Of a DNA stretch of 64,000 nucleotides, positions 61,901 to 64,000 are shown one piece after another. The notes below the pieces were generated by a model. It was not told where the DNA came from. It made no database searches and worked only from the letters and a program-made list of their open reading frames with translations. How positions within the stretch are numbered: position 1 is the first letter of the stretch; every line of letters begins with the position of its first letter. The position numbers and the translations under genes were made by a program. The stretch is from Marsupella aquatica (taxonomy: Eukaryota > Plantae > Marchantiophyta): the NCBI GenBank assembly GCA_973895155.1, contig OZ316899.1, forward strand, positions 10,228,287 to 10,292,286, written 5' to 3'.

Positions 61901-63034
61901 GGTGGGGTAGCCTCGTCGTCGTCGCTAAGGTCCACGGCGTTGATGACGGAGCGTACTTGTACGGCTGGCAGGGCGATCGGTGGTGGGGGTTGGCTAGGCT
62001 GAGGCCGAGACTGAGACTGAGATTGAAGCTAAGCCTAAGCCTAAGTCTGAGTCTGCGTTGGTGCGGGTACGGGTATGGGGTCCACTGGGCTGGCGCCGGC
62101 GGTTGCGGGTCTAGTTCCCATGAAGCTTTGCAGGTGCTGGTAGAAGTTCTCCAAAGCAAGTGCGGACGACCTTGTTGAACGGGTAGTGCTGGACTCGCTG
62201 TTGATGATAGCCCAAACCTGAGTAGGGATGTGGTCGAAGTGATGTCATTGCAAGTCAATCGTACCCGGGATATTGAAGACCTCGTCCGGAAGTCGAAGCA
62301 ATGCTTCCCATAAACCAATATATTTGTCTCCATTGAAGAAGTACCCAGATACCTCTGCTGGTCGGTAAAGCTCGCTCTGAGACGGGTAGTCAAAGTTAAG
62401 GATGTAGTGGTGTCGTCCTGCTAGGCGGATGGCTCTCTCGTACTCGCATTTGATTTCGTATCGGCGCGGGTTGGCGTGTTTCAATGAGTCGGCCAAGTGT
62501 CTTCTGGTAGATAGGAACTGCGTCCAGAATCGAATGGCCAAACTGGAGAGGATCGTGTGCGACATTCAGAGGAGATAGTAGTGGCGACTAAGAGAGAACG
62601 AGAGAGCTGGGGTCGAAGCTGGCGCGTGGACTGATGGACTGGTGCACTACAAAGGGTCGGCTCCCTTTTTATACCTTGAGGGCTTGTCGATCCCCCGACA
62701 TCTCCTTGTTGCCTATAGGCTGAACCGTTCACGCTTGTAGTGTACCGGCCACTCCGCCGGTCTGAGTCACCGCGTGTCAGTGGACGCCTCCCGAAGTTTG
62801 TTATACGGACCCGAGGGAGGGCCCCCCCCCCACGCTCGTAACTCGGGCATGCAAATGGCGACGTGCCGCCAGCCCGAACATGAATTCCCCTTATTGACTA
62901 ATGATTTCCTACTCATAATGGCTACCTAAATACTGTCGTTATGCTAATCATAGCGGCCTAAGATACCCCTAATGCGTGTGCTAAGCACGGTTTAGACCGA
63001 ATTACTCATTACTTGCCGTACCGGCGGCGTCACA
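58992..63034 (-). mobile_element. 4043 bp TG...CA element with a 5 bp TSD (putative solo LTR) inserted in Tnp2
   Basis: Ends TGTCACGTC / GGCGTCACA; flanks GATCT (58987-91) and AATCT (63035-39). Removing it restores Tnp2 ...GHCRFLKA|DHPYK... Confidence 0.9.
59903..62565 (-). pseudogene. Single long accessory ORF (~890 codons ancestrally): plant-transposon-protein domain plus C-terminal coiled-coil
   Basis: 62565->60577 is one frame broken only by TGA/TAG stops, then one frameshift into 60359-59903. YLKTQGFEHLASLPW...LTEFVKNFD...LRGRNMSLTEEWLKMIFGLP. TATAAAAAGGG at ~62673-62663 upstream. Confidence 0.75.
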
Positions 63035-63761
63035 AATCTGCCTTCAAAAAACGACAATGGCCCATGTATATGACTTTCTGCAGGGCTCTGGAGTACTCAC
63101 TGGTGACATTGTGCCCACAAATAGTATAAGCACAATATCCTTTTGTTGTTTGGCCTGATATCATCCCATGGGCTGGGTAGTCAGCTATAGTCAAAATGAC
63201 GATGGCTCTAAGGATGAATGGGTTTAACCTCCCAAGCCTCTATAGGACATCATATGTGAGAACTCCTTCCTCCCAAAGCTTTCTCAATTCCTCCACTAGG
63301 GGAGCCAGAAACACATCTATGTTGGCAGATACAGCATTGTCTGGCCCTGGTATCAGTAGGACCATCTAAACAAAAAATTGTTTTGTAGTCATCCAAGGAG
63401 GAAGGTTATAATTCAAAATAGTTACATGCCAGAACAAAAATTTGTTGTTCTTGTCTCCAAATGGGTTTACCCCATCCAATGACAGCCCAAGTTTGACATT
63501 CCTTGGCTCAGCAGCAAATTCAGGATACATCTCATCTCTGAGTTTCCACTGCCTTGAATTTGCAGCATGTCGTTGTAGCCCATCAACACTTTTCTTGTCA
63601 GTTGCCCAAGTCATCATCTTCAAGATGGCATGGCTTCTGAACATCCGCTGAAGTTTGGGAATGAGTGGAAAATGACAAAGTACCTTGGCGGGAACCATAG
63701 ACTTTCCTGAGTTCCGATACCTGTGCTTTCCACACTTAGGGCATGTCAACGATTTGCACAC
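63035..63761 (-). pseudogene. CACTA Tnp2 transposase (Transposase_21 domain), N-terminal part
   Basis: CPKCGKHRY, VPAKVLCHFPLIPKLQRMF, FAAEPRNVKLGLSLDGVNPF, YNLPPW. Confidence 0.95.
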
Positions 63762-64000
63762 CAGAAGTACAAGGTCTAAATTTCCAGGTTGAGAGGCTCA
63801 GAAAGACGGCTAAGGATCAGGCCACCCAGAGCGAGAAGGCCTTGGCAGAAGCCCAAAGGAAGTATGACAAGTTACTCGACCGGTTGGAGGCCATGCGTGA
63901 GAAGCATGATGACGCCATGTGCACAGCGGCCAATGATCACCTAAACCGAGTTCAACAGATACGCAAGGAGCTTCAGGAGGAGCTAACCAGGACAAAGTAG
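63762..64000 (+). pseudogene. Coiled-coil ORF fragment, probably another copy of the LTR accessory ORF, joined abruptly to Tnp2
   Basis: Heptad E/K/Q-rich open frame; composition switches at ~63762. Confidence 0.5.

Larger units (their letters stand above)
48462..63761 (-). mobile_element. CACTA (En/Spm) element copy B: Tnp2, TnpA-like, DUF8039-like, MTase-like, FCP1-like; both ends lost
   Basis: Co-oriented minus-strand genes listed below; cut by Harbinger at 48461 and by an LTR-ORF fragment at ~63762. Confidence 0.8.

Overview
This window is not prokaryotic. It is heterochromatic, transposon-nested DNA from a land plant, probably bryophyte-grade (plant telomere motif CCCTAAA, GT-AG introns, bryophyte-like mitochondrial atp1 fragment). 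No intact host gene was recognised, and most ORFs carry C->T-type stop codons. From left to right: (1) a gene-bearing LTR-like fragment (1-2840); (2) a ~20 kb Mutator-like unit with a GCM-like/MULE/SWIM transposase on the minus strand, facing away from two paralogous spliced genes that each fuse a ParB/Srx-like (DGNHR) domain to a degenerate prokaryotic-type N6/N4 DNA-methyltransferase-like domain, the first apparently also spliced to a Ulp1 SUMO-protease domain, with non-coding DNA full of a TCTCGG-N9-CCGAGA pseudo-palindrome; (3) two inverted, partial copies of a CACTA element carrying another N6/N4-MTase-like gene and an FCP1/NIF phosphatase gene (22.7-30.2 kb + and 48.5-63.8 kb -, the latter with Tnp2/TnpA); (4) a mosaic NUMT (atp1, cox1, group II intron end); (5) a 14 kb non-autonomous CACTA with a ~575 bp tandem array; (6) a truncated PIF/Harbinger element; (7) a 4.04 kb TG..CA element with a 5 bp TSD that looks like a protein-coding solo LTR. 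The main candidate for a new system is the transposon-borne ParB/MTase-like(/Ulp1) proteins together with their element-wide palindromic repeats. All domain calls come from motif recognition by eye and need HMM or structure confirmation.
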